Source of the DNA: an uncultured Chlamydiae bacterium
GTDB lineage: Bacteria; Chlamydiota; Chlamydiia; Chlamydiales; Parachlamydiaceae
NCBI GenBank assembly: GCA_963754655.1
Contig: CAVWGN010000001.1
Span: forward strand, 960,001 to 1,024,000
Length of the DNA: 64,000 nt
Reading direction: 5' to 3'
Of this stretch, positions 40,525-50,312 are shown one piece after another. Made by a program: the position numbers and the translations under genes. Within the stretch, counting starts at the first letter, position 1. Each line of letters begins with the position of its first letter. A model generated the notes under the pieces. The model was not told the DNA's origin. It ran no database searches and worked only from the letters and a program-made list of their open reading frames with translations.

Positions 40525-41760
40525 TTATTCTACGCTTTGCATTTGCATAGGCTGCGCTTGTGCGCTCTTGGTCTTTGTCACTATCCACAAGAAAATAAAC
40601 CCAGCACTGCCTATACAGAGTGAGACAGGAACCACCGAGACTCCATACACAAGAGCTTGAGAATCCGTTGCTCCCCCCATCGCATTAATGGTACTGCCAA
40701 TGGTTGTATGAAAGGCGTAGCCGAAGATCATGATGATCATATTAGCAACCGCCGTTGTCAGACCTGCTACTCTTTCTGGAACATAAGTTGACGCTTGATA
40801 AATCGCCAAGATTTGATAAGCACAGCATACTCCCACTAGTACAAAGCAAAAGCTGAGCCCTCCTGGAGTCAGGTGCCAGATAAGCATAGTAAAAAAGCAC
40901 GTTGCCATTACAATGCCAGCACCTATAATTGTCGTTAAATAACCACCAATTTTCTCGGCGGCTAAGCTCAATACAGGTGCCCCAAAGCACATGCCAATAA
41001 AAATCATTGATGGCAGGCTAGTGGCTAACGCTCCATCAAAACCATAGACCTGCTTTAAAAAAGCGCTACCCCAAACATCAGCAAATCCCTCCAAAGGCCC
41101 TACCATGAGCCCTGCAAAAATGCAGGACCAGATGACACGGCTATTGCTCAAGACTTCCTTAATGTCAGATAAAAGAGGGGCTTGCTGCTCACTTTTGATA
41201 TCAGGAACAATCCAATAGGTTGCAAAGGCTAATGCAATGCCTGCTACAGCAAAAAATTGAATGACTAATTGATAGCCAAAAATGTCTCGCATGTAACTCA
41301 CTGGCCCGCCTCCATAAATAGCTCCAATCAGACCAATTGTCACGGAAAAGCTCAACATTCGAGGAAAACGTTCCTCTTTGAATGCTATTCGAATAGTTTT
41401 AAAGACTCCTAGGATTGCAGCAGAAGAGCCCATTCCTATCAATAATCTTCCCACTATAGGATATACCCAGTAATCGGAAAAAATAAGAGGTAGCAATCCT
41501 ATAACAGTGAGAAGCGTACAAGCTGTCATGACTTTTCTTGGACCATGTCGATCTAGCAGGATGCCGATGGGTAAATGCATGAGGGAGTAGCCAATGTAAT
41601 AAACTCCAGAAAATTGGCCAAACGTTGCAGCGTCTATCTGAAATTGCTGCATAATGTTATCCAACATGATGTTGGGCATCACTCTTAAAATATACTGATA
41701 AGCATAAAATACAGATGCAATCATCCATACCGTCCATGCAATCACTCGTGAAGAAGACAT
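40525..41760 (-). CDS. MFS transporter (resembles Pht-type amino-acid transporters of intracellular bacteria)
   Basis: Multiple TM segments; FYAYQYILRVMP, GILLDRHGPRK motif A, FADVWG; ATG 41760 chosen, ORF extends to 41829. Confidence 0.85.
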   Translation of the reverse strand: MSSSRVIAWTVWMIASVFYAYQYILRVMPNIMLDNIMQQFQIDAATFGQFSGVYYIGYSLMHLPIGILLDRHGPRKVMTACTLLTVIGLLPLIFSDYWVYPIVGRLLIGMGSSAAILGVFKTIRIAFKEERFPRMLSFSVTIGLIGAIYGGGPVSYMRDIFGYQLVIQFFAVAGIALAFATYWIVPDIKSEQQAPLLSDIKEVLSNSRVIWSCIFAGLMVGPLEGFADVWGSAFLKQVYGFDGALATSLPSMIFIGMCFGAPVLSLAAEKIGGYLTTIIGAGIVMATCFFTMLIWHLTPGGLSFCFVLVGVCCAYQILAIYQASTYVPERVAGLTTAVANMIIMIFGYAFHTTIGSTINAMGGATDSQALVYGVSVVPVSLCIGSAGFIFLWIVTKTKSAQAQPMQMQSVE

Positions 41761-41907
41761 TGTTTCAATCATCCTTTTGATTTTTAGTAAAAATATGCAC
41801 TTAAAACTCGAATTTGTTTTTCCGCCCACTACCGATTGGGGCCATCATCAATGAAAACATTGGCATTCATTGAGCAAGAATAAAATTTGCTGCAAAAGAT
41901 TAAGAAA

Positions 41908-42033
41908 TTAGGCTAAAAGGCTAAGAAGGAAAAGAGAAAGAAAGGATAAAGAGAGAAGCGAGAAAAAAACAGGTTTGAAATTGGATAATGGCTTCGATTG
42001 CCAAGAAGCTTGGGTAAAACTCATAGGAAACAT
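41908..42033 (-). promoter_or_regulatory. Candidate leader peptide ORF (41 aa, Leu/Phe/Ser-rich) upstream of the MFS gene
   Basis: RBS AAGGAG, then MFPMSFTQASWQSKPLSNFKPVFFSLLSLSFLSLFLLSLLA*; followed by two hairpins before the MFS start. Confidence 0.6.
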
Positions 42034-42248
42034 GGCTTAAACTCCTTCTTTTTAAATTACTAAAAATTATACTAGACAATTATAATTTTTGTCTAGCTTT
42101 TACTAAAAAATAGAAAATTTATAAGTTTATCTTTTATAATAAAATGCAAGCGATTGATTGGTCTTGGGAAAAAAATAAGAAACGTGTTAAGTCGTAAATT
42201 CGCCTTTAGAAATTAGAAAAAATGATCTGATCATGAGGGGAGTATGGA

Positions 42249-42965
42249 TTGATGTTAACGACAGTATTGCCGTCACAATTGCCTGCCAGCTTACTTGCCA
42301 GGCGGGATTTATTGCCAATTAAACCTCATGTCACCCAGCTGATCGGACGATATGTGTGGCTTGAGCCTCTGGTCCTATCACGTGATGCTCAACCTCTCTT
42401 TGAAGTGTCTAATGGTAGTCCCATTAGTTTAGGAGAGCGATCAATGAATGCCTATGATGCAGATGAATCAATTTGGCGTTATATGTTAGAGGGGCCCTTT
42501 GAAAGTCTAGCTACCTTTGAGAGAAGTTTAGAGGCTCAAGTGAATGCATTTAATGGACTTTGTTTATGTGTGTTTGATCGACCTTCAAGACGGCAGGTGG
42601 GAGTTGTCAATTTGATGAACAATTATCCGGATCATTTAAAGCTTGAATTAGGAGGAATTTGGTACAGTCCAATTGTTCAAAGAACGAAGGCCAATACAGA
42701 GGCTGCATTTTTGATGCTTTCACATACTTTTAATTTAGGATATCGCCGCTTAGAGTGGAAGAGCAATGCATTAAATGAACGTTCGCGTCGGGCTGCTTTA
42801 CGCATGGGTTTCCAGTTTGAAGGCATTCATGAAGGACATCTGATTATCAAAGGATGCAATCGTGATACAGCGTGGTTTCGAATATTAGAAAATGAATGGC
42901 CGCAAATAAAGAAGAAGCTCGAGCATTTCCTTTATTCCGAAGTAAAATCAATAGATGAAATTTAG
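42249..42965 (+). CDS. RimJ/RimL-type GNAT acetyltransferase
   Basis: ELGGIWYSP..QRT, LGYRRLEWKSNALNERSRRAALRMGFQFEG, NRDTAWF. Confidence 0.88.
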   Translation: MMLTTVLPSQLPASLLARRDLLPIKPHVTQLIGRYVWLEPLVLSRDAQPLFEVSNGSPISLGERSMNAYDADESIWRYMLEGPFESLATFERSLEAQVNAFNGLCLCVFDRPSRRQVGVVNLMNNYPDHLKLELGGIWYSPIVQRTKANTEAAFLMLSHTFNLGYRRLEWKSNALNERSRRAALRMGFQFEGIHEGHLIIKGCNRDTAWFRILENEWPQIKKKLEHFLYSEVKSIDEI

Positions 42966-42987
42966 TCTAGTACTCAACCACATTAGT

Positions 42988-44142
42988 TTATGGCTTCAGA
43001 ACAACTTTCAAGCAATCATCCTTTTTTTCGCAAAAAATATCATAGGCTTGTACAGCTTGATCCAATGGTAATACATGAGTAATGACATCATTTAAGGTCA
43101 CTTTTTTATCTTTAACTAAAGATAAAAGGTGATCAATATAGCGATGAACAGGTGCTTGCCCTGTGTAGAGGGAAATACCTTTATCAAAAATTTGTCCCAT
43201 GGGAAAATTGGCGTATGTTGTAGCATATACGCCCACAATGCTGACAACGCCTCCACGACGTACGGCGCTTACGCAATTATCTATGGCTTTGATTGTGCCT
43301 GCTTGTAAATGTGCAAGATTAGCAAACTTTTCTAAAATGTTGCGATCCGCTTCCATTCCAACAGCATCTACGCATACATCCGCGCCTCTTCCTCCTGTCA
43401 TTTCTCGAATGATCTCAACGATATTATCTTCTTTCAAATTAAATGTTTCTGAATTCGCAGTTTTGCGTGCAATTTTCAAGCGATAGTCAAGAATGTCAAT
43501 TCCAATCACTCGTCCAGCTCCTTTTAACCAGGCTGCTTTCTGTGCCATGATTCCGACTGGGCCACAGCCAAAGACTGCTACGGTTTCGCCGCCTTTAAGG
43601 TTTGCCCAGTCAATAGCCGACCAGCCTGTGGGAAAAATATCTGTTAAGAAAAGAACTTCTTCATCCTTAAGATCACCCTCAACTTTTCTAGGGCCTACAT
43701 CAGCATAGGGAACGCGTACATATTCTGATTGACCACCATTATAGCCTCCATAGATATCTGTATAGCCAAATAGCGCCCCTCCTTTTTGAGTGAGCAATCC
43801 TCCTTCTGGTCCATAATTATCATTGGAATTTTCACATTGGACAGGAAGTTGATGCTCACAAAAAAAACAATGTCCACAAGCAATGGGAAAGGGAACTACG
43901 ACACGATCGCCTTTTTTTAATTTTGTCACACCTTTGCCCACTTCTTCCACGATTCCCATGAATTCGTGGCCTAAAACCATATTTTTTAATTGAGGAATAA
44001 ATCCATTGTAAATATGAAGATCGGAGCCGCAAATAGCAGTAGAGGTTACTTTAAGAATGACATCGGTAGCTTCTTCAAGAATGGGATCGGCTACTTCTTC
44101 AACTTTTACTTTCTTGGGATGGTGAAAAACTAAAGCTTTCAT
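42988..44142 (-). CDS. Zinc-dependent alcohol/formaldehyde dehydrogenase (YbdR-like)
   Basis: ICGSDLH, GHEFMG, CGHCFFC...C, GCGPVG, DAVG. Confidence 0.92.
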   Translation of the reverse strand: MKALVFHHPKKVKVEEVADPILEEATDVILKVTSTAICGSDLHIYNGFIPQLKNMVLGHEFMGIVEEVGKGVTKLKKGDRVVVPFPIACGHCFFCEHQLPVQCENSNDNYGPEGGLLTQKGGALFGYTDIYGGYNGGQSEYVRVPYADVGPRKVEGDLKDEEVLFLTDIFPTGWSAIDWANLKGGETVAVFGCGPVGIMAQKAAWLKGAGRVIGIDILDYRLKIARKTANSETFNLKEDNIVEIIREMTGGRGADVCVDAVGMEADRNILEKFANLAHLQAGTIKAIDNCVSAVRRGGVVSIVGVYATTYANFPMGQIFDKGISLYTGQAPVHRYIDHLLSLVKDKKVTLNDVITHVLPLDQAVQAYDIFCEKKDDCLKVVLKP

Positions 44143-44297
44143 AATTCTCCTCTATTTTCTTTATATCCATTTAAAGTTCGATTTAGATCTTTAACGAATA
44201 AGTGTCAAGATCTATTGTGGTATCACAATAATTTTGCCTATTGCTGTTGCTCAGACAAACTTCTAAGGCCAGCAAATGTTTTAATCAAAACACTCTA

Positions 44298-45379
44298 ATA
44301 CTCCATTACCTTAGTTTTAGCCTATTGGGACTGCTTCAAAGCCCGAGGTTGGGATGAGAGGATTCTCTTGTAGTCCTTAAGACTACATGACGAGGGCTAG
44401 TCTAACTCATGGCGATTCCCTAGGCTATTTTTATTTGAAGCCTTTCAGGCTTTGAACATTGGACATTTTTAGAAGACCTCCTTCTATAACGATGCCTATT
44501 AAATAGTACATATTCCACAATCATTCTAGAGACGGTTAACAAAAAGATGTCCAATGTTTATAGCCTGAAAGGCTTCAAATAAAAATAGCCCAGGTCCGGG
44601 ACTTAACAAAGAACTGTTTTTGGGCTTGATATTCGTCGAGTCGATTTAACAACACACCGCCTTTAAAAGCCTTTAGAGGCATATTTCCCGAAAATGACGC
44701 GAAAAACATCAAGCCCAAAACAGTTCTTTGTTAAGTCCCGGCCATATGCTAGGAACGAGATGCTTCTGGCAAACTCCAAAAGCTAAATTTGTCGCTCAAG
44801 CGGCGTTAGCCGCGCATGGATAGTAGCCGTGGGTGTAGGCGAAGCCGGAACCCACGGTGTATGGTAAAAAAAATGAAGCCACGTTAGTGGCGTAGGAAAT
44901 GTGATGGTGGAGCAATGTTTATTTAAACGAATGCTACGCCACTAACGTGGCTCAAATTTGTTTTGTGGGTAACCGTGGGTTTCGGCTTGCGCCTACACCC
45001 ACGGCTACTATCCATGCGCGGCTAACGCCGCTCGTCGCTGAGGGAAAGGATATGGATCAAGCAAAATTGAAAAACAAAGATAAAAAATTCCGACTACCTA
45101 GCCATATGCCGGGACTTAACAAAGAACTGTTTTGGGCTTGATATTTTTCGCGTCATTTTCGAGAAATATGCCTCTAAAGCCTATTACAGGCATGGCGTTG
45201 TTAAATTGATACGAAGAATATCAAGCCCAAAAACAGTTCTTTGTTAAGTCCCGGCCCAGGGCATCGCCATGGGTTAGATTAGCCCTCGTCATGTAGTCTG
45301 AAGGACTACAAGAGAATCATTTCCTCCCAACCCGGGCTTTGAAGCAGTCCCAATAGGCAAAACTAATGTAAACGAGTAC
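44298..45379. mobile_element. Nested composite element: shell B > REP-pair D with E-F-E' inserted inside the right D arm
   Basis: TA-aTACTCC...GAGTAC-TA ends; insert 44595-45255 flanked by CCAGG/CCAGG; F 44748-45102 flanked by CATAT/CATAT. Confidence 0.9.
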
Positions 45380-45598
45380 TAGCTGATTTATGAATAAAAT
45401 CGAAATCGATAAATTTTTTATTATCAAATTCAAGAAATTGTCATTTTTTAAATCTTAAGAACAGCTATTATTTTTATTCAAGAAAAGATCGAATTTAAAT
45501 AATTAATGGCAGTTGCTGTAAATTATAAATTAGATTTGATTGAAATGCTAAAAAGGTATAATTAAATATAATTTTAAATATGTGTTTTGGAGTGTATT

Positions 45599-46399
45599 AT
45601 GAATAGGTTAAGGTCTTACTCTTATGTTCAATCCTCTCATTAACTGAAATTGCACAAACTGGAGATCTAATTTGTACAATTCCAAGTTCTTTAGTCTATA
45701 CTATCGGGGTGGCGATTTTAAGTGTAGGTGCAGTCACTCTCACTGCTGGATTAGGTTTTTTGGCTGCCCCTATTATTGCAGCTAGTGTAGCTGTATTCCA
45801 AAATTATTCCATCCCTGCATTTTCTATCATAAGAGAAAACATTCCATTCACACTTGCTACACAACCTAAAAGAATATGGATTATTGCATCTATTGCTATA
45901 GCAATAATAGGCGCTTGTTTTTTGGCTATGCGTTATATCAAATGTAGAACTGACACTGAGATTGCAACCGAAACTATTTCTGCACAAAAGGAAAATTCAA
46001 TTGATTGGGATTCTGTAATAGAAATTGATATAGAATCGGATGCTAAATATCAACAGCAATTTGACAATTTCAAAAAACTTCTAAGCCACTCAACTATTGA
46101 CTTTTGTTCTTATAAAAAAATCTATGTGGCGTTTCTCCACGATAGTAACCTTAATATAGTTTTTGACGAAGAGTCTTATCATTATTCGTATGTGAAGCAA
46201 CTTCCTTGTCTTCCTGATGAAGCTCTTAATTTATATTGCAGAGGATGTTGCTAAAAGCAAACAAATTGAAGATTATTTTTACTTACTAAAAAATCCATTC
46301 AATATGGATAGCAAAATGATTTCCTACGGGGAATATCGCCAATCGATTCGACAAGGATGTTTTTCCTCTACAATCATTAATCGTCTATTTAACCATTAA
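45599..46399 (+). pseudogene. Membrane protein with bilobed hydrophobic segment (Inc-like), fragmented
   Basis: ORF 45709-46254 has two long hydrophobic stretches; upstream ATG 45599 and downstream ORF 46217-46399 are in other frames. Confidence 0.45.
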
Positions 46400-46743
46400 G
46401 CGAAGTTTGTTTTTTTTGCTTGTGAATAACACTTAATTGATATGGCTCCTCGGAAAATGTCCCTTTGATAGTTTCTGCGAATGTGCGGGCATCGAATTCT
46501 TTACTGGCTTCTAGGATTTTGGCATCAATTGGTTTACGTCGTGACATAGCTCCTCCAAATTTGAGGTATTCACTATGCCATATTAACCGATCCTCTATCA
46601 AAAAAAATTAGTTAACTCACATGATTTAGTTAAATGACCCTGAAGAAAAGATATAGTTAATAATTTTTTTTAAGGCTTGTTAAAAAATTTGAATTATTCT
46701 AAAATTAACATTTAAATAAATTACAACAATAAAGGAATAAATA

Positions 46744-48948
46744 ATGATTTCATCATTAGGGAAAAGACCTTTTGCTTCTTTAGAAGCTGAGCCGCAAAGA
46801 CAATATACTTATTCTCCATTCGATAATTTAGATGTTGTCTTCCACATTTTTTCACAGAAGTGTAGTGATTCAAAGGAACTTTCTGATCAAGACTTACTCG
46901 CTTTTGAGGGTGCATGTCATATGCATCGAACGCTAACAACATCAGTTTGGTATCGTTTAAGACAAAAAAACTTTTTTAGCATCGATTGGATGGTTTGCGG
47001 AGAAGATCATAGAAAAAATTATTTTTTATCTAAAGCCATTGTCACCTATATTCAACATTTACCAATAAAAGGTCGTAATACATGCAAATCAGTTATCAAA
47101 AAATTCTCTACTATTTGTAATCAATTTCCAGTATTTCAATCTTTTATTGACCTAACTTTATTATCGACCGAAAACCTTAATATTCCTAAAGAATTAGCTA
47201 AACAATTAAAACAAGAAAAAATTTTAGATACAATCCAAGAAGTGTATCATTTTGCATTACTTGCCACTTTTCGGAAAGGAGAAAAGGACCAACCGCAGAA
47301 AGTGTTAAATTCACAATACGAGTTAATGAAGAATAAAGTTGATAGCTTAATTGACCTTAACACTACTTTTATTAATAGATGTGTTATTAAGATTTTTGAA
47401 CGTTATTTTTTAGTAAATAAACACCGAGACTTTCTTGTTCAATTAGTAATTAAAGCAGATGAAAAAGGGGATTATTCAGGATTTCAAGAGTTAAGGAGAC
47501 TAGGAATTGATTTATACCCAAGTGATTTTCAGGAGATAGAACAGGAGTTAAACGCCGATTCTAATCCTCTTATTTTAGCCCAAGAATTTATAAACTTACA
47601 ATATCAAGCAAAATTAAAGGTAGAAAAAAACAAAAAATGCCCTTATTTATATTTGATTAATATTTGTGAGCAGGATAAGACACAGGAAGATGAGTGTATT
47701 GAAAGTCAAAAACTTTTTTTAAAATTAAAAGAACATTATGATAAAGAGATAATGCCTCCAGATCTTTTAATTGCAGTGCTTCAATTTCAACTTAAAGTAC
47801 AAAATTGGGAAGAAGCAGACAAATATTTATCTCAAATTCTTAATGAACAAAATAACTCTAATCCACATTTAATCTGGTTAGCGGCTAAACTTAAAGTCAA
47901 ACTTAATCAAAATGAAAAAGCCAATGATTATTATAATCAATTGAGCGGAAAAAAGCAGTCAAAATTTTATAATAAAATATTTTTTGAAAGCCTTAAAGTT
48001 AAAATTTTGCTAGAAAAATTTCAAGAAGCGGATAAAGAGCTTAAGAATTTCTTTAGTACAATCCGAGATTCCATTAAGGTTACTACTCGTTCTTGTGTTT
48101 TTAATGGTGGTTATTGTTTTATTACCGATTACAGTTCTTCAATAGATCCAATTCAAGATTGTATTAATTTAAAATATCATGTCAAAGACGAGAAAGGAGC
48201 AAAGTGGTTTGAAACCCTTGCTTTGCTTGCAAATCTTAATCAGTACAATAACCAGCAGGCCTGCCAAGAAGCAAACCAGCATTTTACAGAAGACTTCTAT
48301 CGAGCAGAATATCAAATTCCCCGTGAGCTTTTAGAAAAATTAGCTCAGATTAAAATGGAATTACAAGAATACAATGCTGCAGAATTTCTTTATGATCTTT
48401 ATTTTTCTCCTAAAAAGACTAAAAAAAATGATCCGGATATCGGATTTTTTAGAAATCATGGTGAGTATATAAATTATGCAGCGTTGAAATATCAAGCGGA
48501 AAAATGGACAGAGGCTGAAAAGCTTTACACTCAAATCTTCTATGATCGCCACAATTACTTTTGTAATTCTAACTCCGAGGCGTTAGAAAAATTTGCTCAT
48601 ACTAAGCTTAACCTTGAGAAATGGGAAGAAGCCGAACACCTTTACAGCATCCTTTTGCAGGATATGAGGCATGCTAATCCTTTAGCTGTCTATCTTAATT
48701 ATGCTCATGTTTGTCTTCAATTAAACAAATATGAACGGGCTTTAGAAATGTATCAATGTGCTCAATCTTTTTTTCCTCAACACGTTGATGCAAGAGTGGA
48801 CGCAGATATTGCTTATACTTTAATGAGTTTAGAAAGATTTGGAGAGGCGAATGATTTTTATAATAAAGCGATTCTACTCTATGGAGATCAACCACCAGAG
48901 CATGTTTTAGAAGAAGCAGCCATTGTGAGATCAAAGCTAGGTCTGTGA
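46744..48948 (+). CDS. F-box-like N-terminus + TPR repeat protein, copy 1
   Basis: LDVVFHIFS...DLLAFEGACH..RTLT..VW; C-terminal TPRs (VYLNYAHVCLQLNKYERALEMYQCA). Confidence 0.8.
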   Translation: MISSLGKRPFASLEAEPQRQYTYSPFDNLDVVFHIFSQKCSDSKELSDQDLLAFEGACHMHRTLTTSVWYRLRQKNFFSIDWMVCGEDHRKNYFLSKAIVTYIQHLPIKGRNTCKSVIKKFSTICNQFPVFQSFIDLTLLSTENLNIPKELAKQLKQEKILDTIQEVYHFALLATFRKGEKDQPQKVLNSQYELMKNKVDSLIDLNTTFINRCVIKIFERYFLVNKHRDFLVQLVIKADEKGDYSGFQELRRLGIDLYPSDFQEIEQELNADSNPLILAQEFINLQYQAKLKVEKNKKCPYLYLINICEQDKTQEDECIESQKLFLKLKEHYDKEIMPPDLLIAVLQFQLKVQNWEEADKYLSQILNEQNNSNPHLIWLAAKLKVKLNQNEKANDYYNQLSGKKQSKFYNKIFFESLKVKILLEKFQEADKELKNFFSTIRDSIKVTTRSCVFNGGYCFITDYSSSIDPIQDCINLKYHVKDEKGAKWFETLALLANLNQYNNQQACQEANQHFTEDFYRAEYQIPRELLEKLAQIKMELQEYNAAEFLYDLYFSPKKTKKNDPDIGFFRNHGEYINYAALKYQAEKWTEAEKLYTQIFYDRHNYFCNSNSEALEKFAHTKLNLEKWEEAEHLYSILLQDMRHANPLAVYLNYAHVCLQLNKYERALEMYQCAQSFFPQHVDARVDADIAYTLMSLERFGEANDFYNKAILLYGDQPPEHVLEEAAIVRSKLGL

Positions 48949-48961
48949 AATTAAATTGAAA

Positions 48962-49007
48962 TAGAGAGGCGGCAGTTTCGTTTTATCACAGAGATTGCCG
49001 CCTCTCT
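48962..49007 (+). terminator. Stem-loop after TPR gene copy 1
   Basis: AGAGAGGCGGCAGT...ATTGCCGCCTCTCT; long loop and weak U tract. Confidence 0.5.
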
Positions 49008-49209
49008 TGTCTCTAAGACACTTAGCTTAGGCTGGAATGTCATGCAGTCTGAAAGGCTACAGGTGTCAAATTTTTTTTATTAAAAACACTCTGGATTTTG
49101 AGCCATCAGTTAAAAGAACCTCTTTTAAAAAGCCCACTTAATTTAAATTAGAAGGAAAAGCGTTCTAATAATTAGTTGTTAAATATTTTTTTGTTTTCTC
49201 ATCCCTGTC

Positions 49210-50081
49210 TTGGCTTGAATTGGCGTAAAGCGGATCCATATTACCACAATCATTTTAGAGACGGTTAACAAAAAAATGTCCAGTGTTCAGAGCCTGAAAG
49301 GCTTCAAATAAAAATAGCCCTGGGCCGGGACTTAACAAAGAACTGTTTTGGGCTTGATGTTTTTCGCGTCATTTCCGAGAAATATGCCCCTAAAGCCTGT
49401 TACAGGCCTGGTGTTGTTAAATTGACGCGATGAATATCAAGCCCAAAACAGTTCTTTGTTAAGTCCCGGCCCTGGGCTAGGGTGTTCATTTTGTGCAAAA
49501 AATGATCTTTATTTTCACAATAATTGGCATAGTTGAATTGAAGGTCGCATGTTTATGCCGTCCTTTCAGGACTCGATGTCTTTTTGATAGAACCCAGGCC
49601 TCCGCTTCGCTGCGACCTGGGCTGTAACATGACGGCCCTTCAGGCCTTAACAAGAGAGGTTTAAGTCCCTCTTCTATAGTACTTAAATCATCTTTTTGTT
49701 AAAGCCTGAAGAGCCGGCCCTTCAGGCCTTAACAAGAGATGTTTAAGTTCCTCTTCTATAGTCCCTAAATCATCTTTTTGTTAAGGCCTGAAGGGCCGTC
49801 ATGTTACAGCCCAGGTCGCAGCGAAGCGGAGGCCTGGGTTCTATCAAAAAGACATCGAGTCCTGAAAGGACGGCATAAACATGCGACCTCCAATTCAACT
49901 ATGCCAATTATTGTGAAAATAAAGCTCATTTTTTGCACAAAATGAACACCCTAACCCAGGCAGGGCATCGCCCTGGTTAGATTAGCCTCGCCATGTAGTC
50001 TGAAGGACTACAAGAGAATCATCTCATCCCAACCCAGGGCCTGTGAAGCAATCCCAATAGGCAAAACTAGTGGTTGAGTAC
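49210..50081. mobile_element. Left-truncated nested element: D right arm carrying solo E (49324-49470) and C (49476-49955), closed by shell B right end
   Basis: E flanked by CCTGG/CCTGG; C ends GCTAGGGTG...CACCCTAAC; terminal GGTTGAGTAC-TA; left boundary approximate. Confidence 0.85.
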
Positions 50082-50312
50082 TAGGGCCGGTAAATCTTTT
50101 TAATTAAAACATCTGGGGTGATTTATGAATAAAATAGGAACTATAAATTTTATTATCAAATGCAAGAAATTGTCATTTTTCGAATCTTAAGAAAAACTAC
50201 TATTTGCATTAAAAAAAAAGATAAAACTAAAAAAAAATTTAACAGTTGTTAAAAAATTTGAATTATTCTAAGATTAACCTTTAAATAAAATGCCATAATA
50301 AAGGAATAAATA

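Noticed and set aside
46440..46548. Short ORF MSRRKPIDAKILEASKEFDARTFAETIKGTFSE with good RBS, perhaps a transposase N-terminal scrap
   Set aside because: Too short to assign without a search.
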